From assembly GCA_964016885.1 (NCBI GenBank), contig OZ024743.1, positions 100,936,001 to 101,000,000 on the forward strand: 64,000 bases of DNA, read 5' to 3'. Source of the DNA: Eledone cirrhosa (Eukaryota). Position numbers and translations under genes: made by a program. The notes below the pieces were generated by a model that saw only the letters and a program-made list of their open reading frames with translations, did no database searches and was not told the DNA's origin. This document shows positions 44,701 to 60,800 of this stretch, piece by piece; the stretch's first letter is position 1; every line of letters starts with the position of its first letter.

Positions 44701-47700
44701 TTCTCCATTCTTGCTATATATTCCTCACTCTTTCTATAATATATACCCCAATCTTTCTATATATTCCCCACTCTTTCTATATATTTCCCACTCTTTCTAT
44801 ATATTCCTCACTTTTTTTATAATATATTCCCCACTCTTTCTATATATTCCCCACTCTTTCTATATATTCTTCACTCTTTCTATATATTCCCCACTCTTTC
44901 TATATATTCCTCACTCTTTCTATAATATCTAACCGCACTCTTTCTATATGTTCCCCATTCTTCGTATATATTCCCCACATTTTCTATATATTACCCACTC
45001 TTTCTATATATTCCCCTCTCTTTCTATATATTCCCCACACTTTCTATATATTCCCCATTCTTTCTATATATTCCCCACTCTTTCTATACATTCCTCACTC
45101 TTTCTATAATATATTCCCCACTCTTTCTATATATTCCTCACTCTTTCTATAATATCTAACCTCACTCTTTCTATATATTCCCCACTCTTCGTATACATTC
45201 CCCAATCTTTCTATATATTAATCACTCTTTTTATATATTCCTCTCTCTTTCTAGAATATCTTCCCCACACTTTCTGTATATTCCCCACTCTTTCTATATA
45301 TTCCTCACTCTTTATATATATTCCCCACTCTTTCTATATTTCCCCCACTCTTTCTATAATATGTTCCCCACTCTTTCTATATATTCCCCACTCTTTCTAT
45401 ACATTCCCCACTGTTTCTATATATTCTGCACTCTTTCTATATATTCCTCACTCTTTCTATATATTCCCCACTCTTTCTATATATTCCCCACTCTTTTTAT
45501 ATATTCCCCACTCTTTGTATATATTAACCACTCTTTATATATATTCCTCACTGTTTTTATATATTGTTCACTCTTTCTATATGTTCCCCATTCTTTCTAT
45601 ATATTCCCCACTCGTTCTATAATATGTTCCCTACTCTTTCAATATATTCGCCACTCTTTCTATATATTCCCCACTCTTTCTATATATTCCCCACTCTTTC
45701 TATATTTTGCCCACTCTTCATATATATTCCCCACCCTTTCTATATATTTCCCACTCATTCTATATAGTCCCCACTCTTTCTATATATTCCCCACTCTTTC
45801 TATATACCCCTCACTCTTTCTATTTATTCCTCACCCTTTCTATATATTCCTCACTCTTTCTATATAGTCCTCACTCTTCCTATAATATATTGCCCACTCT
45901 TTCTATATATTCCCCACTCTTTCTATATATTCCCCACTCTTTCTATATATTCTTCACTCTTTCTATATATTCCCCACTCTTTCTATATATTCCTCACTCT
46001 TTCTATATATTCCTTACTCTTTCAATATATTCCCCATTCTTTCTATATACCCCTCACTCTTTCTATATATTCCTCACTCTTTCAATATATTCCCCACTCT
46101 TTCTATATATTCCCCACTCTTTCTATATATTCCTCACTCTTTCTATATAGTCCCCACTCTTTCTATATATTCTTCACTCTTTCTATATATTCGTCACACT
46201 TTCTATACATTCCTCACTCTTTCTATATATTCGTCACTTTTTCTATATATTCGTCACTCTTTCTATACATTCCTCACTCTTTCTATATATTCCCCACTCT
46301 TTCTATATATCCTCACTCTTTCTATATATTCCTCACTCTTTCTATATATTCGCCACTCTTTGTATATATTCCCGACTCTTTCTATATATTCCTCACTCTT
46401 TCTATATATTCCCCACTCTTTCTATATATTCCCCACTCTTTTTATATATTCACCACTCTTTCTATATATTCCCCACTCTTTCTATAATATATTCCACACT
46501 CTTTCTATATATTCCTCACTCTTTCTATAATATCTAACCTCACTCTTTCTATATATTCCCCACTCTTTGTATATATTCCCCACGCTTTCTATATATTCCC
46601 CACTCTTTCTATATATTCCCCACTCTTTCTATATATTCTTCACTCTTTCTATATATTCCTCACTCTATCTAGAATATTTTCCCCACACTTTCTATATATT
46701 CGCCACTATTTATATATATTCCTCACTCTTTCTATATATTCCCCACTCTTTCTATATATTCCCCACTCTTTCTATAATATGTTCCCCACTCTTTCTATAT
46801 ATCCCACTCTTTCTATACATTCCCCACTCTTTCTATATATTCCCCACTCATTCTATATATTCCTCACTCTTTCTATATATTCCCCACTCTTTCTATATAT
46901 TCCCCACTCTTTGCATATAATCCCCACTCTTTTTATATATTCCCCACTGTTTCTATATATTCCCCACTTTTTCATTATATTCTCCACTCTTTCTATATAT
47001 TCCTCACTCTTTCTATATATTCCCCACTCTTTCTATATATACCTCACTCTTTCTATATATTCCCCATTCTTTCTATATATTCCCCACTCTTTCTATAATA
47101 TGTTCCCCACTCTTTCTATATATTTGCCACTCTTTCTATATATTCTTCACTCTTTCTATATAATCCCCACTCTTTCTAAAATATATTCCCCACTCTTTCT
47201 ATATATTCCCCACTTTTTCTATATATTCCCCACTTTTTCTATATATTCCCCCCTCTTTCTATATATTCCCCCTCTTTCTATATATTCCCCACTGTTTCTA
47301 TATATTCCTCACTCTTTCTATAATATATTCCCCACTCTTTCTATATATTCTTCACTCTTTCTATAATATCTAACATCACTCTTTCTATATATTCCCCACT
47401 CTTTCTATAATATGTTCCCCACTCTTTCTATATATTCCCCACTTTTTCTATATATTCCCCACTTTTTCTATATATTCCCACTCTTTCTATACATTCCACA
47501 CTCTTTCTATATATTCCCCACTCTTTCTATATATTCCACACTCTTTCTATATATTCCCCACTCTTTCTATATATTCCCCACTTTTTCTATATATTCCCCA
47601 CTTTTTCTATATATTCCCACTCTTTCTATACATTCCACACTCTTTCTATATATTCCCCACTCTTTCTATATATTCCACACTCTTTCTATATATTCCCCAC

Positions 47701-48800
47701 TCTTTCTATATATTCCTCACACTTTCTAGAATATCTTCCCCACACATTCTATATATTCCCCACTCTTTCTATATATTCCTCACTCTTTCTATATATTCCC
47801 CACTCTTTCTATAATATGTTCCCGAAACTTTCTATATATTCCCCACTGATTTTATATATTCCCCACTCTTTCTATATATTCCCCACTCTTTCTATAATAT
47901 GTTCCCCACTCTTTCTATATATTCCCCACTCTTTCTATACATTCCCCACTTTTTTTATATATTCCTCACTCTTTCTATATATTCCACACTCTTTCTATAT
48001 ATTCCCACTCTTTTTATATATTCCCCACTCTTTCTATATGTTCCCCACTCTTTCTATATATTCCTCAATCTTTCTATATATTCCCAACTCTTTCTATATA
48101 TTCCCCATTCTTCCTATATATTCCCCTCTCTTTCTATAATATGTTCCCCAGTCTTTCTATATATTCCCCACTCTTTCTATATATGCCCCACTCTTTCTAT
48201 ATATTCCCCACTCTTTCTATATATTCCCTATTCTTTCTATAATATATTCCCCACTCTTTCTATATATTCCCCACTCTTTTTATATATTCCCCACTCTCTC
48301 TATATATTCCTCACTCTTTCTATGATATATTCCCCAATCTTTCTATATATTCCCCACTCTTTCTATGTATTCCCCACTCTTTCTATATATTCCTCACTCA
48401 TTCTATATATTCCCCACTCTTTCTATATATTCCTCACTCTTTCTAGATATTCCCCACTCTTTCTATATATTCATCACTCATTCTATATATTCCTCACTTT
48501 TCCTACAATATATTCCTCACTCTTTCTATATATTCCCCACTCTTTCTATATCTTCCCCACTCTTTCTATATATTCCTCACTGTTTCTATATACTCCCCAC
48601 TCTTTCTATATATTCACCACTCTTTCTATATCTTCCTCACTCATTCTATATATGCCCCACTCTTTTTATATATTCCCCACTCTTTCTATATATTCCCGAC
48701 TCTTTCTATATATTCCCCACTCTTTCTATATATTCCTCACTCTTTCTATATATTCTCCACTCTTTCTATAATATATTCCTCACTCTTTCTATATATTCCC
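38750..48800. repeat. 1732-bp tandem duplication (about 38750-40480 / about 40480-42210) overlapping an about 4.0-4.3 kb duplication (about 40550-44600 / about 44600-48800)
   Basis: The marker CCATTCTTGCTATAT occurs at about 38938, 40670 and 44705. ORF offsets are 1732 (39594/41326), 4035 (41326/45361) and 4335 (43564/47899). ATGTTCCCGAAAC occurs at 43481 and 47816. Confidence 0.85.
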
Positions 48801-51800
48801 CACTCTTTCTATATATTCCCCACTCTTTCTATATAGTCCCCACTCTTTCTATGTATTCCCCAGTCTTTCTATATATTCCTCACCCATTCTATATATTCCC
48901 CACTCTTTCTATATATTCCCCACTCTTTCTATATATTCCCCACTCTTTCTATATATTCCTCACTCTTTCTATATATTCCCCACTCTTTCTATAATATATT
49001 CCTCACTCTTTCTATAATATATTCCCCACTCTTTCTATATATTCGCCACTCTTTCTATATATTCCCCACTCTTTCTATATATTCCCCACTCTTTCTATAA
49101 TATGTCCCACACGCTTTCTATATATTCCCCACTCTTTCTATATATTGCCCTCTCTTTCTATATATTCCCCACTCTTTCTATATATTCCCCACTCTTTCTA
49201 TATATTCCCCACTCTTTCTATAATATGTTCCCCACTCTTTCTATATATTCCCCACTCTTTCTATATATTCCTCACTCTTTCTATAATATATTCCCCACTC
49301 TTTTTATATATTCCCCTCTCTGTCTATATATTCCCCACTCTTTCTATATATTCCTCACTCTTTCTATATATACCTCACTCTTTATATATATTCCTCACTC
49401 TTTCTATATATTCACCACTCTTTCTATATATTCCTCACTCTTTCTATAATATATTGCCCACTCTTTCTATATATTCCTCACTCTTTCCATATATTCCTCA
49501 CTCTTTCTCTATATTCCCCACTCTTTCTATATATTCCTCACTCTTTCTTTAATATATTCCCCACATTTTCTATATATTCCTCATTCTTTCTATATATTCC
49601 TCATTCTTTCTATATATTCCTCACACTTTTTATATATTTCCCACTCTTTCTATATATTCCCCACTCTTTCTATATATTCCTCACTCTTTCTATATATTCC
49701 TCACTCTTTCTATATATTTCTCACTCTTTCTATATATTCCCTATTCTTTCTATAATATATTCCCCACTCTTTCTATATATTCCCCACTCTTTTTATATAT
49801 TCCCCACTCTCTCTATATATTCCTCACTCTTTCTATGATATATTCCCCATTCTTTCTATATATTCCCCACTCTTTCTATGTATTCCCCACTCTTTCTATA
49901 TATTCCTCACTCATTCTATATATTCCCCACTCTTTCTATATATTCCCCCACTCTTTCTATATATTCCTAAATCTTTCTAGATATTCCCCACTCTTTCTAT
50001 ATATTCATCACTCATTCTATATATTGCTCACTTTTCCTACAATATATTCCTCACTCTTTCTATATATTCCCAAACTCTTTCTATATCTTCCCCACTCTTT
50101 CTATATATTCCTCACTGTTTCTATATACTCCCCACTCTTTCTATATATTCACCACTCTTTCTATATCTTCCTCACTCTTTCTATATATTCCTCCCTCTTT
50201 CTATATATTCCCCACTCTTTCTATATATTCCTCACTCTTTCTATATATTCCCCACTCTTTCTATATATTCCTCACTCTTTCTATATATTCCCCACTCTTT
50301 CTATATATTCCTCACTCATTCTATATATGCCGCACTCTTTTTATATATTCCCCACTCTTTCTATATATTCCCGACTCGTTCTATATATTCCCCACTCTTT
50401 CTATATATTCCTCACTCTTTCTATATATTCTCCACTCTTTCTATAATATATTCCTCACTCTTTCTATATATTCCCCACTCTTTCTATATAGTCCCCACTC
50501 TTTCTATGTATTCCCCACTCTTTCTATATATTCCTCACTCATTCTATATATTCCCCACTCTTTCTATATATTCCCCACTCTTTCTATATATTCCTCACTC
50601 TTTCTAGATATTCCCCACTCTTTCTATATATTCATCACTCATTCTATATATTCCTCACTTTTCCTACAATATATTCCTCACTCTTTCTATATATTCCCCA
50701 CTCTTTCTATATTTTCCCCACTCTTTCTATATATTCCTCACTGTTTCTATATACTCCCCACTCTTGCTATATATTCATCCCTCTTTCTATATCTTCCTCA
50801 CTCTTTCTATATATTCCCCACTCTTTCTATACATTCCCCACTGTTTCTATATATTCTGCACTCTTTCTATATATTCCTCACTCTTTCTATATATTCCCCA
50901 CTCTTTCTATATATTCGTCACTCTTTTTATATATTCCCCACTCTTTGTATATATTAACCACTCTTTATATATATTCCTCCCTGTTTTTATATATTCCTCA
51001 CTCTTTCTATATGTTCCCCATTCTTTCTATATATTCCCCACTCGTTCTATAATATGTTCCCTACTCTTTCAATATATTCGCCACTCTTTCTATATATTCC
51101 CCACTCTTTCTATATATTCCCCACTCTTTCTATATTTTCCCCACTCTTCATATATATTCCCCACCCTTTCTATATATTTCCCACTCATTCTATATAGTCC
51201 CCACTCTTTCTATATATTCCCCACTCTTTCTATATACCCCTCACTCTTTCTATTTATTCCTCACCCTTTCTATATATTCCTCACTCTTTCTATATAGTCC
51301 TCACTCTTCCTATAATATATTGCCCACTCTTTCTATATATTCCCCACTCTTTCTATATATTCCCCACTCTTTCTATATATTCTTCACTCTTTCTATATAT
51401 TCCCCACTCTTTCTATATATTCCTCACTCTTTCTATATATTCCTTACTCTTTCAATATATTCCCCATTCTTTCTATATACCCCTCACTCTTTCTATATAT
51501 TCCTCACCCTTTCTATATATTCCTCACTCTTTCAATATATTCCCACTCTTTCTATATATTCCCCACTCTTTCTATATATTCCTCACTCTTTCTATATATT
51601 CGTCACTCTTTCTATACATTCCTCACTCTTTCTATATATTCGTCACTTTTTCTATATATTCGTCACTCTTTCTATACATTCCTCACTCTTTCTATATATT
51701 CCCCACTCTTTCTATATATTCCTCACTCTTTCTATATATTCCTCACTCTTTCTATATATTCGCCACTCTTTGTATATATTCCCGACTCTTTCTATATATT

Positions 51801-54800
51801 CCTCACTCTTTCTATATATTCCCCACTCTTTCTATATATTCCCCACTCTTTTTATATATTCACCACTCTTTCTATATATTCCCCACTCTTTCTATAATAT
51901 ATTCCACACTCTTTCTATATATTCCTCACTCTTTCTATAATATCTAACCTCACTCTTTCTATATATTCCCCACTCTTTGTATATATTCCCCACGCTTTCT
52001 ATATATTCCCCACTCTTTCTATATATTCCCCACTCTTTCTATATATTCCTCACTCTTTCTATATATTCCTCACTCTATCTAGAATATCTTCCCCACACTT
52101 TCTATATATTCGCCACTATTTATATATATTCCTCACTCTTTCTATATATTCCCCACTCTTTCTATATATTCCCCACTCTTTCTATAATATGTTCCCCACT
52201 CTTTCTATATATCCCACTCTTTCTATACATTCCCCACTCTTTCTATATATTCCCCACTCTTTCTATATATTCCTCACTCTTTCTATATATTCCCCACTCT
52301 TTCTATAATATGTTCCCCACTCTTTCTATATATTCCCCACTCTTTCTATAATATATTCCTCACTCTTTCTATAATATATTCCCCACTCTTTCTATATATT
52401 CGCCACTCTTTCTATATATTCCCCACTCTTTCTATATATTCCCCACTCTTTCTATAATATGTCCCACACGCTTTCTATATATTCCCCACTCTTTCTATAT
52501 ATTGCCCTCTCTTTCTATATATTCCCCACTCTTTCTATATATTCCTCACTCTTTCTATATATTCTCCACTCTTTCTATAATATATTCCTCACTCTTTCTA
52601 TATATTCCCCACTCTTTCTATATATTCCCCACTCTTTCTATATAGTCCCCACTCTTTCTATGTATTCCCCAGTCTTTCTATATATTCCTCACCCATTCTA
52701 TATATTCCCCACTCTTTCTATATATTCCCCACTCTTTCTATATATTCCCCACTCTTTCTATATATTCCTCACTCTTTCTATATATTCCCCACTCTTTCTA
52801 TAATATATTCCTCACTCTTTCTATAATATATTCCCCACTCTTTCTATATATTCGCCACTCTTTCTATATATTCCCCACGCTTTCTATATATTCCCCACTC
52901 TTTCTATATATTGCCCTCTCTTTCTATATATTCCCCACTCTTTCTATATATTCCCCACTCTTTCTATATATTCCCCACTCTTTCTATAATATGTTCCCCA
53001 CTCTTTCTATATATTCCCCACTCTTTCTATATATTCCTCACTCTTTCTATAATATATTCCCCACTCTTTTTATATATTCCCCTCTCTGTCTATATATTCC
53101 CCACTCTTTCTATATATTCCTCACTCTTTCTATATATACCTCACTCTTTCTATATATACCTCACTCTTTATATATATTCCTCACTCTTTCTATATATTCA
53201 CCACTCTTTCTATATATTCCTCACTCTTTCTATAATATATTGCCCACTCTTTCTATATATTCCTCACTCTTTCCATATATTCCTCACTCTTTCTCTATAT
53301 TCCCCACTCTTTCTATATATTCCTCACTCTTTCTTTAATATATTCCCCACATTTTCTATATATTCCTCATTCTTTCTATATATTCCTCATTCTTTCTATA
53401 TATTCCTCACACTTTTTATATATTTCCCACTCTTTCTATATATTCCCCACTCTTTCTATATATTCCTCACTCGTTCTATATATTCCTCACTCTTTCTATA
53501 TATTTCTCACTCTTTCTATATATTCCCTATTCTTTCTATAATATATTCCCCACTCTTTCTATATATTCCCCACTCTTTTTATATATTCCCCACTCTCTCT
53601 ATATATTCCTCACTCTTTCTATGATATATTCCCCATTCTTTCTATATATTCCCCACTCTTTCTATTATTCCCCACTCTTTCTATATATTCCTCACTCATT
53701 CTATATATTCCCCACTCTTTCTATATATTCCCCCACTCTTTCTATATATTCCTAAATCTTTCTAGATATTCCCCACTCTTTCTATATATTCATCACTCAT
53801 TCTATATATTGCTCACTTTTCCTACAATATATTCCTCACTCTTTCTATATATTCCCCACTCTTTCTATATCTTCCCCACTCTTTCTATATATTCCTCACT
53901 GTTTCTATATACTCCCCACTCTTTCTATATATTCACCACTCTTTCTATATCTTCCTCACTCTTTCTATATATTCCTCCCTCTTTCTATATATTCCCCACT
54001 CTTTCTATATATTCCTCACTCTTTCTATATATTCCCCACTCTTTCTATATATTCCTCACTCTTTCTATATATTCCCCACTCTTTCTATATATTCCTCACT
54101 CATTCTATATATGCCGCACTCTTTTTATATATTCCCCACTCTTTCTATATATTCCCGACTCGTTCTATATATTCCCCACTCTTTCTATATATTCCTCACT
54201 CTTTCTATATATTCTCCACTCTTTCTATAATATATTCCTCACTCTTTCTATATATTCCCCACTCTTTCTATATAGTCCCCACTCTTTCTATGTATTCCCC
54301 ACTCTTTCTATATATTCCTCACTCATTCTATATATTCCCCACTCTTTCTATATATTCCCCACTCTTTCTATATATTCCTCACTCTTTCTAGATATTCCCC
54401 ACTCTTTCTATATATTCATCACTCATTCTATATATTCCTCACTTTTCCTACAATATATTCCTCACTCTTTCTATATATTCCCCACTCTTTCTATATTTTC
54501 CCCACTCTTTCTATATATTCCTCACTGTTTCTATATACTCCCCACTCTTTCTATATATTCGTCACTCTTTCTATACATTCCTCACTCTTTCTATATATTC
54601 GTCACTTTTTCTATATATTCGTCACTCTTTCTATACATTCCTCACTCTTTCTATATATTCCTCACTCTTTCTATATATTCCCCACTCTTTCTATATATTC
54701 CCCACTCTTTTTATATATTCACCACTCTTTCTATATATTCCCCACTCTTTCTATAATATATTCCACACTCTTTCTATATATTCCTCACTCTTTCTATAAT

Positions 54801-57800
54801 ATCTAACCTCACTCTTTCTATATATTCCCCACTCTTTGTATATATTCCCCACGCTTTCTATATATTCCCCACTCTTTCTATATATTCCCCACTCTTTCTA
54901 TATATTCCTCACTCTTTCTATATATTCCTCACTCTATCTAGAATATCTTCCCCACACTTTCTGTATATTCGCCACTATTTATATATATTCCTCACTCTTT
55001 CTATATATTCCCCACTCTTTCTATATATTCCCCACTCTTTCTATAATATGTTCCCCACTCTTTCTATATATCCCACTCTTTCTATACATTCCCCACTCTT
55101 TCTATATATTCCCCACTCTTTCTATATATTCCTCACTCTTTCTATATATTCCCCACTCTTTCTATAATATGTTCCCCACTCTTTCTATATATTCCCCACT
55201 CTTTCTATAATATATTCCTCACTCTTTCTATAATATATTCCCCACTCTTTCTATATATTCGCCACTCTTTCTATATATTCGCCACTCTTTCTATATATTC
55301 CCCACTCTTTCTATAATATGTCCCACACGCTTTCTATATATTCCCCACTCTTTCTATATATTGCCCTCTCTTTCTATATATTCCCCACTCTTTCTATATA
55401 TTCCCCACTCTTTCTATATATTCCCCACTCTTTCTATAATATGTTCCCCACTCTTTCTATATATTCCCCACTCTTTCTATATATTCCTCACTCTTTCTAT
55501 AATATATTCCCCACTCTTTTTATATATTCCCCTCTCTGTCTATATATTCCCCACTCTTTCTATATATTCCTCACTCTTTCTATATATACCTCACTCTTTA
55601 TATATATTCCTCACTCTTTCTATATATTCACCACTCTTTCTATATATTCCTCACTCTTTCTATAATATATTGCCCACTCTTTCTATATATTCCTCACTCT
55701 TTCCATATATTCCTCACTCTTTCTCTATATTCCCCACTCTTTCTATATATTCCTCACTCTTTCTTTAATATATTCCCCACATTTTCTATATATTCCTCAT
55801 TCTTTCTATATATTCCTCATTCTTTCTATATATTCCTCACACTTTTTATATATTTCCCACTCTTTCTATATATTCCCCACTCTTTCTATATATTCCTCAC
55901 TCTTTCTATATATTCCTCACTCTTTCTATATATTTCTCACTCTTTCTATATATTCCCTATTCTTTCTATAATATATTCCCCACTCTTTCTATATATTCCC
56001 CACTCTTTTTATATATTCCCCACTCTCTCTATATATTCCTCACTCTTTCTATGATATATTCCCCATTCTTTCTATATATTCCCCACTCTGTCTATGTATT
56101 CCCCACTCTTTCTATATATTCCTCACTCATTCTATATATTCCCCACTCTTTCTATATATTCCCCCACTCTTTCTATATATTCCTAAATCTTTCTAGATAT
56201 TCCCCACTCTTTCTATATATTCATCACTCATTCTATATATTGCTCACTTTTCCTACAATATATTCCTCACTCTTTCTATATATTCCCCACTCTTTCTATA
56301 TCTTCCCCACTCTTTCTATATATTCCTCACTGTTTCTATATACTCCCCACTCTTTCTATATATTCACCACTCTTTCTATATCTTCCTCACTCTTTCTATA
56401 TATTCCTCCCTCTTTCTATATATTCCCCACTCTTTCTATATATTCCTCACTCTTTCTATATATTCCCCACTCTTTCTATATATTCCTCACTCTTTCTATA
56501 TATTCCCCACTCTTTCTATATATTCCTCACTCATTCTATATATGCCGCACTCTTTTTATATATTCCCCACTCTTTCTATATATTCCCGACTCGTTCTATA
56601 TATTCCCCACTCTTTCTATATATTCCTCACTCTTTCTATATATTCTCCACTCTTTCTATAATATATTCCTCACTCTTTCTATATATTCCCCACTCTTTCT
56701 ATATAGTCCCCACTCTTTCTATGTATTCCCCACTCTTTCTATATATTCCTCACTCATTCTATATATTCCCCACTCTTTCTATATATTCCCCACTCTTTCT
56801 ATATATTCCTCACTCTTTCTAGATATTCCCCACTCTTTCTATATATTCACCACTCTTTCTATATCTTCCTCACTCTTTCTATATATTCCTCACTCTTTCT
56901 ATATATTCACCACTCTTTCTATATCTTCCTCACTCTTTCTATATATTCCTCCCTCTTTCTATATATTCCCCACTCTTTCTATATATTCATCACTCATTCT
57001 ATATATTCCTCACTTTTCCTACAATATATTCCTCACTCTTTCTATATATTCCCCACTCTTTCTATATTTTCCCCACTCTTTCTATATATTCCTCACTGTT
57101 TCTATATACTCCCCACTCTTGCTATATATTCATCACTCTTTCTATATCTTCCTCACTCTTTCTATATATTCTCCACTCTTTCTATACATTCCCCACTGTT
57201 TCTATATATTCTGCACTCTTTCTATATATTCCTCACTCTTTCTATATATTCCCCACTCTTTCTATATATTCGTCACTCTTTTTATATATTCCCCACTCTT
57301 TGTATATATTAACCACTCTTTATATATATTCCTCCCTGTTTTTATATATTCCTCACTCTTTCTATATGTTCCCCATTCTTTCTATATATTCCCCACTCGT
57401 TCTATAATATGTTCCCTACTCTTTCAATATATTCGCCACTCTTTCTATATATTCCCCACTCTTTCTATATATTCCCCACTCTTTCTATATTTTCCCCACT
57501 CTTCATATATATTCCCCACCCTTTCTATATATTTCCCACTCATTCTATATAGTCCCCACTCTTTCTATATATTCCCCACTCTTTCTATATACCCCTCACT
57601 CTTTCTATTTATTCCTCACCCTTTCTATATATTCCTCACTCTTTCTATATAGTCCTCACTCTTCCTATAATATATTGCCCACTCTTTCTATATATTCCCC
57701 ACTCTTTCTATATATTCCCCACTCTTTCTATATATTCTTCACTCTTTCTATATATTCCCCACTCTTTCTATATATTCCTCACTCTTTCTATATATTCCTT

Positions 57801-60800
57801 ACTCTTTCAATATATTCCCCATTCTTGCTATATACCCCTCACTCTTTCTATATATTCCTCACCCTTTCTATATATTCCTCACTCTTTCAATATATTCCCC
57901 ACTCTTTCTATATATTCCCCACTCTTTCTATATATTCCTCACTCTTTCTATATATTCGTCACTCTTTCTATACATTCCTCACTCTTTCTATATATTCGTC
58001 ACTTTTTCTATATATTCGTCACTCTTTCTATACATTCCTCACTCTTTCTATATATTCCCCACTCTTTCTATATATTCCTCACTCTTTCTATATATTCCTC
58101 ACTCTTTCTATATATTCGCCACTCTTTGTATATATTCCCGACTCTTTCTATATATTCCTCACTCTTTCTATATATTCCCCACTCTTTCTATATATTCCCC
58201 ACTCTTTTTATATATTCACCACTCTTTCTATATATTCCCCACTCTTTCTATAATATATTCCACACTCTTTCTATATATTCCTCACTCTTTCTATAATATC
58301 TAACCTCACTCTTTCTATATATTCCCCACTCTTTCTATATATTCCCCACGCTTTCTATATATTCCCCACTCTTTCTATATATTCCCCACTCTTTCTATAT
58401 ATTCCTCACTCTTTCTACATATTCCTCACTCTATCTAGAATATCTTCCCCACACTTTCTATATATTCGCCACTATTTATATATATTCCTCACTCTTTCTA
58501 TATATTCCCCACTCTTTCTATATATTCCCCACTCTTTCTATAATATGTTCCCCACTCTTTCTATATATCCCACTCTTTCTATACATTCCCCACTCTTTCT
58601 ATATATTCCCCACTCTTTCTATATATTCCTCACTCTTTCTATATATTCCCCACTCTTTCTATAATATGTTCCCCACTCTTTCTATATATTCCCCACTCTT
58701 TCCATATAATCCCCACTCTTTTTATATATTCCCCACTGTTTCTATATATTCCCCACTTTTTCATTATATTCTCCACTCTTTCTATATATTCCTCACTCTT
58801 TCTATATATTCCCCACTCTTTCTATATATACCTCACTCTTTCTATATATTCCCCATTTTTTCTATATATTCCCCACTCTTTCTATAATATGTTCCCCACT
58901 CTTTCTATATATTCCCCACTCTTTCTATATATTCTTCACTCTTTCTATATAATCCCCACTCTTTCTATAATATATTCCCCACTCTTTCTATATATTCCCC
59001 ACTTTTTCTATATATTCCCCACTTTTTCTATATATTCCCGCCTCTTTCTATATATTCCCCCTCTTTCTATATATTCCCCACTGTTTCTATATATTCCTCA
59101 CTCTTTCTATAATATATTCCCCACTCTTTCTATATATTCCTCACTCTTTCTATAATATCTAACATCACTCTTTCTATATATTCCCCACTCTTCGTATATA
59201 TTCCCCACTCTTTCTATATATTCCACACTCTTTCTATATATTCCCCACTCTTTCTATATATTCCTCACTCTTTCTATATATTCCTCACTCTATCTAGAAT
59301 ATCTTCCCCACACCTTCTATATATTCGCCACTATTTATATATATTCCCCACTCTTTCTATATATTCCCCACTCTTTCTATATATTCCCCACTCTTTCTAT
59401 AATATGTTCCCCACTCTTTCTATATATCCCCACTCTTTCTATACATTCCACACTCTTTCTATATATTCCCCACTCTTTCTATATATTCCACACTCTTTCT
59501 ATATATTCCCCACTCTTTCTATATATTCCTCACACTTTCTAGAATATCTTCCCCACACATTCTATATATTCCCCACTCTTTCTATATATTCCTCACTCTT
59601 TCTATATATTCCCCACTCTTTCTATAATATGTTCCCGAAACTTTCTATATATTCCCCACTGATTTTATATATTCCCCACTCTTTCTATATATTCCCCACT
59701 CTTTCTATAATATGTTCCCCACTCTTTCTATATATTCCCCACTCTTTCTATACATGCCCCACTTTTTTTATATATTCCTCACTCTTTCTATATATTCTAC
59801 ACTCTTTCTATATATTCCCACACTTTTTATATATTCCCCACTCTTTCTATATGTTCCCCACTCTTTCTATATATTCCTCAATCTTTCTATATATTCCCAA
59901 CTCTTTCTATATATTCCCCATTCTTCCTATATATTCCCCTCTCTTTCTATAATATGTTCCCCAGTCTTTCTATATGTTCCCCACTCTTTCTATATATTGC
60001 CCACTCTTTCTATATATTCCCCACTCTTTCTATGTATTCCTCACGCTTTCTATAATATATTCCACACTCTTTCTATATATTCCCCACTCTTTGTATATAT
60101 TCCCCACGCTTTCTATATATTCCCCACTCTTTCTATATATTCCCCACTCTTTCTATATATTCCTCACTCTTTCTATATATTCCTCACTCTATCTAGAATA
60201 TCTTCCCCACACCTTCTATATATTCGCCACTATTTATATATATTCTTCACTCTTTCTATATATTCCCCACTCTTTCTATATATTCCCTATTCTTTCTATA
60301 ATATATTCCCCACTCTTTCTATATATTCCCCACTCTTTTTATATATTCCCCACTCTCTCTATATATTCCTCACTCTTTCTATGATATATTCCCCACTCTT
60401 TCTATATATTCCCCACTCTTTCTATGTATTCCCCACTCTTTCTATATATTCCTCACTCATTCTATATATTCCCCACTCTTTCTATATATTCCTCACTCTT
60501 TCTATATATTCCCCACTCTTTCTATAGCTTCCCCACTCTTTCTATATATTCCTCACTGTTTCTATATACTCCCCACTCTTTCTATATATTCCCCACTCTT
60601 TCTATATATTCCTCACTCTTTCTATATATTCCCCACTCTTTCTATATATTCCTCACTCTTTCTATATATTCCCCACTCTTTCTATATATTCCTCACTCAT
60701 TCTATATATGCCCCACTCTTTTTATATATTCCCCACTCTTTCTATATATTCCCGACTCTTTCTATATATTCCCCAGTCTTTCTATATATTCCTCACTCTT

